Assembly (NCBI GenBank): GCA_902607945.1
Contig: CACLMD010000001.1
Coordinates: 88,272-152,271 of the forward strand
Length of the DNA stretch: 64,000 nt
From: an uncultured Pelagibacteraceae bacterium
GTDB lineage: Bacteria; Pseudomonadota; Alphaproteobacteria; Pelagibacterales; Pelagibacteraceae
Reading direction: 5' to 3'
The notes beneath the pieces are model-generated. The model made no database searches and was not told the origin of the DNA. It saw only the letters and a list, made by a program, of their open reading frames with translations. The position numbers and the translations under genes were made by a program. Below are positions 8,116 to 17,242 of the stretch, one piece after another (the stretch's first letter is position 1; every line of letters starts with the position of its first letter).

Positions 8116-8577
8116 TTAAATCTTTTTTAGTATTACTCTAGCTAAATGATCTCTTTTATCGTCAAAGAAGTTAGTAACTTTTTGCCTATTTTTTACATCA
8201 ACACCAATACCAGAGTAGTACTCATCTACTGAATAAAAATCACTAATACTATTATTAATATTTACTGTTGAAATGTCCTCCCCAAAAATTTTTTTGCTTT
8301 CATATTTTTGAAACATCAGATGTCCAATTTTGTTGCTATTTGAGTTTATTTTATAGGTAATTATGTCAACTAAAGTAAAAGTATCAGATAAAACTCTATC
8401 ACTCCATTTTTCTGACGCTGCATTCCCTTTTGGACAATCATAAGTAGTTCCAATTAGTCTTTTATTATCATAATCAGTTAAATCATACTCAAATGAGATG
8501 TTTTTATTTGCTAAATTATTTTCAATAATTTTTTTTATAAAATCATCAATCAATTGCTTATCTAAACCATCAAACAT
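8116..8577 (-). CDS. Hypothetical protein
   Basis: 153-aa ORF, last gene of the cassette B operon. Confidence 0.6.
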   Translation of the reverse strand: MFDGLDKQLIDDFIKKIIENNLANKNISFEYDLTDYDNKRLIGTTYDCPKGNAASEKWSDRVLSDTFTLVDIITYKINSNSNKIGHLMFQKYESKKIFGEDISTVNINNSISDFYSVDEYYSGIGVDVKNRQKVTNFFDDKRDHLARVILKKI

Positions 8578-8585
8578 ACAAATTT

Positions 8586-8885
8586 CTATTTAATCACCCT
8601 AATATTATCTTTTCTTTTTCTTTTAAATAATTCGTCAACCTCAACTCTAACAAAAAGGGTTCTGCCTAATTGTACAGCTTTTGCCTGTACTTCACTTCTA
8701 AATTTAGTGGGTAGTTTTGTTAATAATTCACCAGGAGGATTATCATTAGCCAATACTTTGTTAGCTGAGTTAATCATTGATTGATCTACTTTTCTTAGTA
8801 CTTGCTTCTTTTCATCAAAGGTTAAGTTTTCAAGTATCTTTATTATAGAATTTCTTTCTTCTTTTATTCTGATGTATTTATTCAT
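8586..8885 (-). CDS. Hypothetical protein
   Basis: Likely start 8885 (ATGA overlap with upstream stop); ORF track gives 8909. Confidence 0.6.
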   Translation of the reverse strand: MNKYIRIKEERNSIIKILENLTFDEKKQVLRKVDQSMINSANKVLANDNPPGELLTKLPTKFRSEVQAKAVQLGRTLFVRVEVDELFKRKRKDNIRVIK

Positions 8886-9667
8886 TTTTTTAAAAAAAAG
8901 GTAATCCACTTACCTTTTGCATATTTTATTACATTCTTTGATTTTTTAAGAGTGTTATTAACATAATGTTCATGTAGTCTTGGACTGTAAGCCTCGTTCA
9001 TATAAAGATAACTTAATCTTAAAGCTATGTCTTTACGTAATCCTGTGCCTGCAAATTTTTCAAAATTACCAGGTAGTAATTCTAACAATGCAGTTGTGTT
9101 TGATTTGCCAGGTCCAGCAACTTGGTTCATATATCCAGTATTTTCTAGATTAAAATAATGCCCTGCTCCGATAAATATTTTTGATATGGGTTCGGCTGTT
9201 TTATAATTATTTACGAACCAACTTGAGATATTTTTTATATCAGCTTTGGTTAAATTAGGTAAATGTGCATTTATTATCTTTTTATTAAAATCATATTTTT
9301 TATTGTTAACTTCAATTATGCAAGGTTGGTAGCCAATACTTTTGTCCTTAGAATATCTTTTAGCAGTATCAAAAAAAGCATTTATTAAATTTTCAACTGT
9401 TTCATCATTTACTCTCTTTTTTACATCATTGATTTTAAAATTTTCAAAACAAGCTCCTAAATAGTAAATTAAATATGTAAGAAGTGATTGTTGATAAGGA
9501 ATATGACCTTTAGATATATGATCTAATAGTTTTTTTAGTTCTTTACTTTGAAACTTTCTACCCTCTTCTTTAATTCCAGTTTGAATTATTACGGCAGAAT
9601 GATATGACCAAATAATTGTATTTAGTGACCAGGTACATGCTCTTTCAATTATAGGGTCTTTTTTCAT
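8882..9667 (-). CDS. Hypothetical protein (helical, no recognised family)
   Basis: 261-aa ORF with ATGA overlap to the MORN gene. Confidence 0.65.
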   Translation of the reverse strand: MKKDPIIERACTWSLNTIIWSYHSAVIIQTGIKEEGRKFQSKELKKLLDHISKGHIPYQQSLLTYLIYYLGACFENFKINDVKKRVNDETVENLINAFFDTAKRYSKDKSIGYQPCIIEVNNKKYDFNKKIINAHLPNLTKADIKNISSWFVNNYKTAEPISKIFIGAGHYFNLENTGYMNQVAGPGKSNTTALLELLPGNFEKFAGTGLRKDIALRLSYLYMNEAYSPRLHEHYVNNTLKKSKNVIKYAKGKWITFFLKK

Positions 9668-10245
9668 TTAATCTTTTTTATTAAATCTTCGTACTTACCT
9701 TTAATTGTTTCTCCATTAGACATTTTCAAAATAGCTTCACCTTCAATAGTGGTATGATTAAAAAAACCAGATATTGAACTTCCTTCAGTTAATATGATTT
9801 TACCCTTGCCGTATCTGGTGTCATTTTTCCACTCACCTTCATAGATAGTATCTCCATCATAATATTTACCAAAGCCATCTTTATTATTGTCTTTAAATTC
9901 TCCAACATACTCAATTTGTTTTTGTACCCACTTGTATGTTCCTTTTCCATGACGGTTACCTTCAACAAAGTCACCTTCATAATATTCTCCACCAATATAA
10001 TGTTTACCTTTTCCATTTGGTGCATCATTCTTCCATTCACCTTCATAGTAATCATGGTTTGGTAAGGTCATTTTTCCTTTACCTTCTCTTTTACCGTTAA
10101 CCCATGAACCTTCATATAAAAGCCCGTCCTCAAAAATACATTTCCCTTTTCCGTGAGGTAAATCTTGATTATTTACTTCGCCATCATAATCACCAGTAAC
10201 TTGTCCTGTCCTACTTCTTCTTGAATGTTTTATTTTTTTCTTCAT
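9664..10245 (-). CDS. MORN-repeat protein
   Basis: About 6-7 canonical YEGEWxNxxxxGKGK repeats. Confidence 0.9.
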   Translation of the reverse strand: MKKKIKHSRRSRTGQVTGDYDGEVNNQDLPHGKGKCIFEDGLLYEGSWVNGKREGKGKMTLPNHDYYEGEWKNDAPNGKGKHYIGGEYYEGDFVEGNRHGKGTYKWVQKQIEYVGEFKDNNKDGFGKYYDGDTIYEGEWKNDTRYGKGKIILTEGSSISGFFNHTTIEGEAILKMSNGETIKGKYEDLIKKIK

Positions 10246-10263
10246 TAGCTCACTCTACTATAA

Positions 10264-10293
10264 TATCTCTCTATGCTATAGTCCTGCTATAGT
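10264..10293 (+). repeat. Cassette B right arm-type repeat (2x TGCTATAGT)
   Basis: tatctctctatgctatagtcctgctatagt, starting 155 bp before the core at 10419. Confidence 0.85.
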
Positions 10294-10418
10294 ATGAGCA
10301 AAATAATAAACCTTATTTCTCAATATTAATTTAAAGCTAAATTTAAGAATGGGATTTTATAGGATGTTTTAGACTAGCTTGGACTACTATAGACTGACTC
10401 AAATGTGAATCCCTCGGC

Positions 10419-10518
10419 TTTTAAGTCCTTTGTGTCTACCAATTTCACCACGAGGGCATTAATGAATTTCATGAGTATTTATGCTAATATTTCTAAATGA
10501 ACAAGAGGAATAAGTAAA
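10419..10518 (-). repeat. Distal att: original chromosomal 5' half of tRNA-Leu (10419-10457) and native promoter
   Basis: Identical to 1812-1850. Similarity ends near 10518 and no arm repeats follow; the next gene is chromosomal. Confidence 0.93.
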
Positions 10519-10522
10519 CTAA

Positions 10523-11527
10523 CTAAAATTCTTTATTTTTCCAAGTCTCTGGGGTTAATTTATTGTTTATTTCTAAATTGTAATTGTATTCAAATTTTTT
10601 TGGACCTTTAATTTTTATATAATTAATTACTTTGTCTATAGCATCACTCAGACTAACAGATGTTTTGTAATTTAAATACTTTCTAGATTTATCAGATGAG
10701 CATATTGCATGCTTAACCTCATTAGGTCTATCTTTGACATATTGTGCAGGTTCATTAAATTGAAGTTTATTGCAGAGCATTTTATACAATTCATTAATTG
10801 ATATACTTTCTTCATCGGGTCCTATGTTAAACGTTTCCGATAATATATTTTTATCCGTTATCAATTTATCTAAACAAAAAATACAGTCATCAATATCTGA
10901 AAAATTTCTTGTTTGTTCTCCATCTCCATAAATTATAGGTTTTCTTTTTTGTAAAATTAAGTTGGTCATTATAGAAACGACATTTCTATAAGGGTCATCA
11001 AATTTTTGTTTAGGTCCTATAATGTTGTGAGGTACTGCAATATTGTATTCTATATTATGAGTTTTTGCTAAAATCTTTAATGTATTCTCTGCTGCCAATT
11101 TTGAAACGCCATATGGATCCACTGGATTTACATTTTGCTCCTCATAAAACGGTGGTTTAACATCTCCATATCTAGCCATCGAAGAGCAAAAAACTATTCT
11201 TTTAACATTATTTTTAATTGCTGCAGTAAAAACAGATATTGACCCTATGTAGTTACTTTTACATATCAAATAAGGTGAAAAAGATGAAAGACCTTCGTGT
11301 GGATATGCGGCTGTATGAACTACAACATCTACATCACGAATTACTTTAGACATTTCATCAAGATTTTCACAATCTGCTTTGAAAAATTTAACTTTGCTTT
11401 GATCAATATTTTCTAGCGTTCCACCAACAAGATTATCACATCCTGAAACTTTAAAACCTTTTGAAATATAAAAATCAGCTAAATTTGCGCCAAGGAAACC
11501 AGCTATTCCAGTTATAAATAAATGCAT
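10523..11527 (-). CDS. NAD-dependent epimerase/dehydratase (extended SDR)
   Basis: ITGIAGFLG, SSMARYG and PYGVSK motifs; likely start MHLFITG. Confidence 0.9.
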   Translation of the reverse strand: MHLFITGIAGFLGANLADFYISKGFKVSGCDNLVGGTLENIDQSKVKFFKADCENLDEMSKVIRDVDVVVHTAAYPHEGLSSFSPYLICKSNYIGSISVFTAAIKNNVKRIVFCSSMARYGDVKPPFYEEQNVNPVDPYGVSKLAAENTLKILAKTHNIEYNIAVPHNIIGPKQKFDDPYRNVVSIMTNLILQKRKPIIYGDGEQTRNFSDIDDCIFCLDKLITDKNILSETFNIGPDEESISINELYKMLCNKLQFNEPAQYVKDRPNEVKHAICSSDKSRKYLNYKTSVSLSDAIDKVINYIKIKGPKKFEYNYNLEINNKLTPETWKNKEF

Positions 11528-11528
11528 A

Positions 11529-12272
11529 TTATTTCTTATCAAACTTAGATTTAAATGTAACCCATAAAACATTTAATCCATATGGAATAGATTTTAAATG
11601 AGATTCTTCATTTCCATAAAAAGTAGGTTGAGGAATTTCTAAAATTTTAAATTTTTTATCTAAAAATTCTATGACCATTTCAGTATCAAAATGATAATAA
11701 TTTGATTTTTTTTTAAAATTGATTTTTTTTAATCTTGATACCTTATAACTTCTATACCCAGAGTGAAATTCACTCATATTTGAGCCTAAAATTAAATTTT
11801 GAACAAACGTTAAAAATATATTTCCTAAAAATTTATAAAAAGGCATTCCACCTTTTAATGCACTTTTATAAGACATCATTCTTGATCCAAAAACAGCATC
11901 ATTTTCTTCATTATTATAAGCATCTATAATTTTAGGTAAGCTCTCAGGCCTGTATTGTCCATCTCCATGAAGCATAATAGTAAAATCATAATTTTTTTTA
12001 ATTGCATAATTAAAAGCAAACTTTTGAACTCCTCCATAACCCAAATTTTTATTAGATCTATGTACAATAATTGGTAATTTAAATTTTCTTTTGATTTTAA
12101 TTGTTTCTTTATTGGTATTGTCAGTGGAATTATCATTAATGATTAAAATTTTAATATTTTTATTTTTAAAAATTTTTTTTGGAATTCTTCTAAAAACTGA
12201 AAAAAGTTCTTTTTCAACATTATATGCAGGTATAAATATCAATATTTTTTTATTTATAGATGAATAATTCAT
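11529..12272 (-). CDS. Glycosyltransferase family 2
   Basis: IPAYN, DNSTD, NLGYGG, HGDGQY and SGYRSY motifs. Confidence 0.9.
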   Translation of the reverse strand: MNYSSINKKILIFIPAYNVEKELFSVFRRIPKKIFKNKNIKILIINDNSTDNTNKETIKIKRKFKLPIIVHRSNKNLGYGGVQKFAFNYAIKKNYDFTIMLHGDGQYRPESLPKIIDAYNNEENDAVFGSRMMSYKSALKGGMPFYKFLGNIFLTFVQNLILGSNMSEFHSGYRSYKVSRLKKINFKKKSNYYHFDTEMVIEFLDKKFKILEIPQPTFYGNEESHLKSIPYGLNVLWVTFKSKFDKK

Positions 12273-12282
12273 ATTTCTGAGT

Positions 12283-12687
12283 TTATTTTAACATAAGTGC
12301 TTTATTAAGATATTTAATATCTAGCTTACAATCCTTGTATCCTTTTTTAACAACGCTTAAATATCTATCAGTTGGAAATCTAAATGGAGTTTTTTTTACC
12401 ATTGTATAAGTCATTATTTTTTTTTTATAATAATAGAAATAGTACTTCTTATATAAATTTGGATAGTCCTCATAAATATCTAATTTTTTTTGATCACTTT
12501 TTGAAATTTCGAATAATCCACCTTGAACAATTAAATTTTTTTTTGGCTCTATATCTGCTGCTCTATATTTGCTCCTGAATGTTAATTTAAAATCTTTTAG
12601 ATTAATCTTTTTTAAAAAAATGCTGTCTTTGCATCTTCTTTTCATTTGAAAATGATTAAGATTACTACCATATGCAAAATAAAGCAT
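12283..12687 (-). CDS. Gamma-glutamylcyclotransferase family protein
   Basis: YFAYGSNL...LDIYE motif. Confidence 0.85.
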   Translation of the reverse strand: MLYFAYGSNLNHFQMKRRCKDSIFLKKINLKDFKLTFRSKYRAADIEPKKNLIVQGGLFEISKSDQKKLDIYEDYPNLYKKYYFYYYKKKIMTYTMVKKTPFRFPTDRYLSVVKKGYKDCKLDIKYLNKALMLK

Positions 12688-13437
12688 TTAACGATCTACT
12701 ACTTCTATTTTTTTTTCTTTGATGAACTTAAGTATTTGCGAATTACAATTATCAATTCTAACTTGATTATCTGACCTAAGAACAATTGATACCCCAAGTT
12801 TTCCCGCATGAAAAAATGGATAGCTACCTATTTCAACATCTTTATTTTGATTTTGTACTTTGGTTAGTGAATTTGCAATTTCACTTTCAACTGTTCTTAA
12901 ACTAATAGTATGACTTAAAATTGGTTCTCCCCCAACTATCTTATTTTTCAAACCCCCTAACATTGATTTTAAAATTGATGGAACACCTGGAAGACAAAAT
13001 ACATTTTCAATACTAAATCCTGGAGCACCACTGGTTGGATTTAAAATTAATTCTGCCTTTTCTGGCATCCATACCATTTTTTGTCGACCTTCATTAAATT
13101 CACCTGGCTTATAATATGCCTCTAAAATTTTAAAAGCTTCTTTGTGAATTTCATATTTTATACCAAAAGCATTTGAAACTGATTTTGCAGTTATATCATC
13201 ATGAGTAGGTCCTATACCACCAGAAGTAAAAACATAATCATTTTCTTTTCTTAAAACGTTAAGTGTATCAATAATTGTCTTCTCAATGTCTGGAATAATT
13301 CTTACTTCTTTTATTCTTACTCCAATAGAATTTAGCCAGGAAGCTATAGTACTGGTATTTGTATCCTGAGTTCTTCCAGAAAGAATTTCATTTCCAATAA
13401 TTAATATTGCAGCATTTACTTTTGTTTTTTTTGTCAT
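12688..13437 (-). CDS. CinA/molybdopterin-binding domain protein
   Basis: IGNEILSGRTQDTN, GGIGPTHDDIT and LPGVP motifs. Confidence 0.9.
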   Translation of the reverse strand: MTKKTKVNAAILIIGNEILSGRTQDTNTSTIASWLNSIGVRIKEVRIIPDIEKTIIDTLNVLRKENDYVFTSGGIGPTHDDITAKSVSNAFGIKYEIHKEAFKILEAYYKPGEFNEGRQKMVWMPEKAELILNPTSGAPGFSIENVFCLPGVPSILKSMLGGLKNKIVGGEPILSHTISLRTVESEIANSLTKVQNQNKDVEIGSYPFFHAGKLGVSIVLRSDNQVRIDNCNSQILKFIKEKKIEVVDR

Positions 13438-13457
13438 TTTGTATATATAATTTGATT

Positions 13458-14156
13458 ATGGAATTTACCAAGTCTTTAATAAAAGGCAAACTAATCAAAA
13501 GATATAAAAGATTTTTTACAGACGTTAAGCTAGATAAGGAAGTTGTTACAGCTCATTGTCCTAATACTGGATCGATGAAGGGATTGCTTGATGAAGGAAA
13601 TGAAGTTTATTTACTTTCAAATGACGACCCTAAAAGAAAACTTAAGTATGGACTAGAGATTGTAAAAACTAGAAAAAATTTAGTTGGTGTTAATACGCAC
13701 ATGGCTAATAAGATAGTTCGGCATGCTTTAGAGAATAATCTTATTGAAGAACTCAAAAATAACAGCTTAATTAAACCAGAGGTCTTTTTTAATAAAGAAA
13801 CAAGATTTGATTTTCTAATTGAAAAAAATAACCAAAAAAGTTTTATAGAAGTAAAAAATGTTACACTTTTTAGAGATGAATATACTGCTGAATTTCCTGA
13901 CGCTGTAACTTCACGGGGTTCTAAGCATTTGCTTACTCTTATTGATGCCATAAAGAAAGGTTATAAATCATACTTATTATTTCTAGTTCAAATTCAAAAT
14001 ATGAAAAAATTTAAAATTGCTAAAGATATTGATACTAAATACTATGAGAATTATATACTCGCAAAAAAAGCAGGTGTTAATTTTTTAGCTTATAGATGTA
14101 ATATAAGTTCTAAAAAAATTTTTATAGATAAAAAATTAAAAATTATTGATGGTTAA
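13458..14156 (+). CDS. sfsA: DNA/RNA nuclease SfsA
   Basis: KRYKRF, HCPNTGSM, EVKNVT and FPDAVTSRGSKHL motifs. Confidence 0.93.
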   Translation: MEFTKSLIKGKLIKRYKRFFTDVKLDKEVVTAHCPNTGSMKGLLDEGNEVYLLSNDDPKRKLKYGLEIVKTRKNLVGVNTHMANKIVRHALENNLIEELKNNSLIKPEVFFNKETRFDFLIEKNNQKSFIEVKNVTLFRDEYTAEFPDAVTSRGSKHLLTLIDAIKKGYKSYLLFLVQIQNMKKFKIAKDIDTKYYENYILAKKAGVNFLAYRCNISSKKIFIDKKLKIIDG

Positions 14157-14919
14157 TTATAAAGAAAAATTTGAAAAAATGAGAGTTGCTGGAAGCTTGG
14201 CAGCAAGAACTCTTGATATGTTAACAGAGAATATAAAAGAAGGTATTACAACTGATTTAATTGATAAATTAGGGTATGAATTTATTAGAGATAATGGTGG
14301 ATATTCTGCTCCTCTATATTACCGGGGTTATACTAAATCTTTATGCACATCATTAAACCATGTCGTGTGTCATGGTATTCCATCTAATAGAGTTTTACGT
14401 GATGGAGATGCTGTAAATGTTGATGTTACCGCAATAATAGACAATCATTATGGAGATACTAGCAGAATGTTTTGTATTGGTAAAACTCCTGTAAAGTTAA
14501 ATAATCTTATAGAGGTTACTTATCAATCTATGATGAAAGCAATTAAAATTTTAAAACCTGGAATGAAACTTGGAGATATAGGATATGAAATTCAGTCTTA
14601 TGTTGAAGATAAAGGTTTTTCAGTTGTAAGAGATTTTTGTGGTCATGGAATAAGCACAAAATTTCACGAGCCTCCAAATATTTTACATTATGGTAATAAA
14701 AATTCAGGAATAGATTTAAAGCCTGGTATGACATTTACCATTGAACCAATGATCAATTCAGGTGATTATCATACAAAATTGCTTAATGATGGCTGGACTG
14801 CTGTTACAAAAGATAAATCTTTATCAGCACAATTTGAACATACACTAGGAATTACTGAAAATGGTTATGAAATCTTTACAGAATCTGCTAAAGGTTATTT
14901 AAAGCCCCCTTATTTATAA
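14149..14919 (+). CDS. map: Methionine aminopeptidase type I
   Basis: VCHGIP, GDTSRMF, GHGI...FHE, FTIEPM and SAQFEHT motifs. Confidence 0.96.
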   Translation: MVNYKEKFEKMRVAGSLAARTLDMLTENIKEGITTDLIDKLGYEFIRDNGGYSAPLYYRGYTKSLCTSLNHVVCHGIPSNRVLRDGDAVNVDVTAIIDNHYGDTSRMFCIGKTPVKLNNLIEVTYQSMMKAIKILKPGMKLGDIGYEIQSYVEDKGFSVVRDFCGHGISTKFHEPPNILHYGNKNSGIDLKPGMTFTIEPMINSGDYHTKLLNDGWTAVTKDKSLSAQFEHTLGITENGYEIFTESAKGYLKPPYL

Positions 14920-14922
14920 TTA

Positions 14923-16215
14923 ATGATAAAAAGATATTCTCGAAAAGAACTTACTGATATTTGGTCAGAAGAAAATAAATACAAAATTTGGTTAGATGTA
15001 GAAATTGCAGCTGCACAAGCAATGGAAAAACTTGGTCAAATACCAAGGGGTGTTTCATCAATAGTTAGAAAAAAAGCAAGAATAAATGTGAAAAGAATTC
15101 ATCAAATTGAAAGCCAAGTTAAACATGATGTTATAGCTTTCTTGACTTCAGTTACTGAAAAGGTAGGGATAAAGGCCAGATACCTTCATCAAGGTATGAC
15201 TTCATCAGATGTATTGGATACAAGCTTTAATATTCAGCTCGTTCAATCAGGAAAAATTATCCTTAAAGATTTAGATCAAATTTTAAAAGTACTAAAAAAA
15301 CAAGCAAAAAAATATAAATTTACTCCTTGTATGGGTAGAAGCCATGGCATTCATGCTGAACCTGTCACTTTTGGTTTAAAGTTAGCTTCTTTTTATGAGG
15401 AGTTTAAAAGAAATAAAAAAAGATTAGTAGATGCAATTAATGAAGTTTCTACTTGTGCTATTTCAGGGGCTGTAGGCACATTCGCAAATATTAATCCAAA
15501 TGTTGAAAAACATGTTGCAAAAAAACTCGGTTTAAAAGTTGAGCCTATCTCAACACAAATAATTCCAAGGGACCGTCATGCTTTCTATTTTTCAGTCTTA
15601 GGAATTATTGCAGGCTCAATTGAAAGAGTTGCTATTGAAATAAGACATCTACAGAGAACAGAAGTTTATGAATTACAAGAATATTTTTCTAAAAATCAAA
15701 AAGGTTCTTCTGCAATGCCTCATAAAAAAAATCCAATTTTAAGTGAAAATCTTACGGGTCTTGCAAGAATGGTTCGAAGTGCTGTGGCCCCTGCTCTTGA
15801 AAATATAGCCTTATGGCATGAGAGAGATATTTCTCATTCTAGTGTTGAAAGAAATATTGGACCTGATGCTAATATCACTACAGACTTTGCATTAATTAGA
15901 TTAACAAATATTTTAGATAATATGATTGTTTACCCAAAAAAAATGCTCAAAAATTTAAATATCACCAAAGGATTAATTTTTTCTCAAGAACTTATGTTAG
16001 AACTTACCAAAACAGGTTTAAGTAGAGAAAAATCCTACAAAATTGTTCAAAGCTATGCAAAAAAATGTTTTGCTGAAAACTTAGATTTATATGAAGTCAT
16101 ACAATCAGATAAATTTATTATGAGTAAGATCTCAACAAAAAGATTAAATACCATTTTTAGTTACTCAAAACATTTCAAGAATGTAAATTTAATTTTTAGA
16201 AGAGTATTTAAATAA
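14923..16215 (+). CDS. purB: Adenylosuccinate lyase
   Basis: [11 protein letters not shown] signature; HDVIAF. Confidence 0.96.
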   Translation: MIKRYSRKELTDIWSEENKYKIWLDVEIAAAQAMEKLGQIPRGVSSIVRKKARINVKRIHQIESQVKHDVIAFLTSVTEKVGIKARYLHQGMTSSDVLDTSFNIQLVQSGKIILKDLDQILKVLKKQAKKYKFTPCMGRSHGIHAEPVTFGLKLASFYEEFKRNKKRLVDAINEVSTCAISGAVGTFANINPNVEKHVAKKLGLKVEPISTQIIPRDRHAFYFSVLGIIAGSIERVAIEIRHLQRTEVYELQEYFSKNQKGSSAMPHKKNPILSENLTGLARMVRSAVAPALENIALWHERDISHSSVERNIGPDANITTDFALIRLTNILDNMIVYPKKMLKNLNITKGLIFSQELMLELTKTGLSREKSYKIVQSYAKKCFAENLDLYEVIQSDKFIMSKISTKRLNTIFSYSKHFKNVNLIFRRVFK

Positions 16216-17000
16216 TGAAAAAAGGGAAAAAACTTTACGAAGGGAAAGCTAAAATTATCTACGCAACAACTGATAAGAATTTAGTCATCCAATATTTTAA
16301 AGATGATGCCACTGCGTTTAATAATCAAAAAAAAACTACTATTGAAGGCAAAGGGGTTTTAAATAATAGAATTTCTGAACATATACTTTCAAACCTATCA
16401 CAAATAGGAATTAAAAATCATTTGATCAAACGTCTTAACATGAGAGAACAAATGATTAAATTAGTAGAAATTATTCCTATTGAATTCATCGTTAGAAATG
16501 TTGCAACTGGTTCAATTACTAAAAGATTAGGCATTGAAGATGGTACTGTTCTTAAAGAACCTTTAATTGAATACTGCTTGAAAGATGATGCTCTAGGAGA
16601 TCCTTTGATTGCAGAAGAACATATTTATGCATTTGATTGGGCAAATAAAAAAGAAATTGAAAAAGTCAAAAAAATGATTTTAAGAATAAATGATTTCATG
16701 ATTGGAATGTTTAGGGGAATTGGAATTAAACTAATTGATTTTAAATTGGAATTTGGAAGATTAAAAGTTAATGGAAAAAATGAAATTATTCTCGCAGATG
16801 AAATAAGCCCTGATACTTGTAGATTATGGGACTCTATAACTGACAAAAAATTGGATAAAGATAGATTTAGAAAAGATTTAGGAGATTTAATTCCAGCTTA
16901 TACCGAAGTTGCAAAAAGATTGGGTATTCTTCATGAGCAATCAAATGTATCTGCTGTAAATGTAACTAAATTATCATCAATAAAAAAAAAGAGTAAATGA
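16215..17000 (+). CDS. purC: SAICAR synthetase
   Basis: LYEGKAK, DFKLEFG and [14 protein letters not shown] motifs. Confidence 0.96.
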   Translation: MKKGKKLYEGKAKIIYATTDKNLVIQYFKDDATAFNNQKKTTIEGKGVLNNRISEHILSNLSQIGIKNHLIKRLNMREQMIKLVEIIPIEFIVRNVATGSITKRLGIEDGTVLKEPLIEYCLKDDALGDPLIAEEHIYAFDWANKKEIEKVKKMILRINDFMIGMFRGIGIKLIDFKLEFGRLKVNGKNEIILADEISPDTCRLWDSITDKKLDKDRFRKDLGDLIPAYTEVAKRLGILHEQSNVSAVNVTKLSSIKKKSK

Positions 17001-17239
17001 AGGTTTCTGCAATAATAACACTTAAAAAAGATGTTTTAGACCCGCAAGGAAAAGTAATTCATCAAACATTAGATGGTATGGGATTTAAAGATATTAATGA
17101 AGTAAGACAAGGTAAGTATTTTGAAATTGATGTTAAAGAAAAAGATCCAATAAAGGCTAAAAACGTAGTTGAAGATATGTGTAAAAAACTTTTAGCTAAC
17201 TTAGTCATTGAAAATTACAAAATTATTGAGACACAATAA
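16997..17239 (+). CDS. purS: FGAM synthase subunit PurS
   Basis: VLDPQG, VRQGKYF and [10 protein letters not shown] motifs. Confidence 0.95.
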   Translation: MKVSAIITLKKDVLDPQGKVIHQTLDGMGFKDINEVRQGKYFEIDVKEKDPIKAKNVVEDMCKKLLANLVIENYKIIETQ

Positions 17240-17242
17240 TTA

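Larger units (their letters stand above)
7949..10418. mobile_element. Cassette B (about 2.5 kb): integrase-less tRNA-Leu-targeted element with a MORN gene and three hypothetical genes
   Basis: Bounded by tRNA 5'-half repeats at 7949 and 10419. TATCTCTC(C/T)ATGCTATAGTCyTGCTATAGT at both ends. Confidence 0.85.

Noticed and set aside
1812-10418. Prophage or autonomous ICE
   Set aside because: No integrase, primase/replicase, capsid, tail, relaxase or conjugation genes are recognisable.
1811-10457. Three near-identical repeats of about 40 bp plus a Cas4-like gene, considered as a CRISPR system
   Set aside because: The repeats are tRNA-Leu 5' halves separated by kilobases of genes; there are no short spacers and no cas1/cas2.
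7948-10457. Extra tRNA-Leu genes at 7948-7987 and 10419-10457
   Set aside because: They stop at the anticodon loop and lack the variable arm, T arm and 3' acceptor strand, so they are att remnants.
1812-10518. Repeat structure as an assembly artefact
   Set aside because: The copies differ by several substitutions outside the tRNA part, and each cassette has its own matched pair of end motifs at conserved distances. A collapse or duplication error would not create that; read-level confirmation is still desirable.
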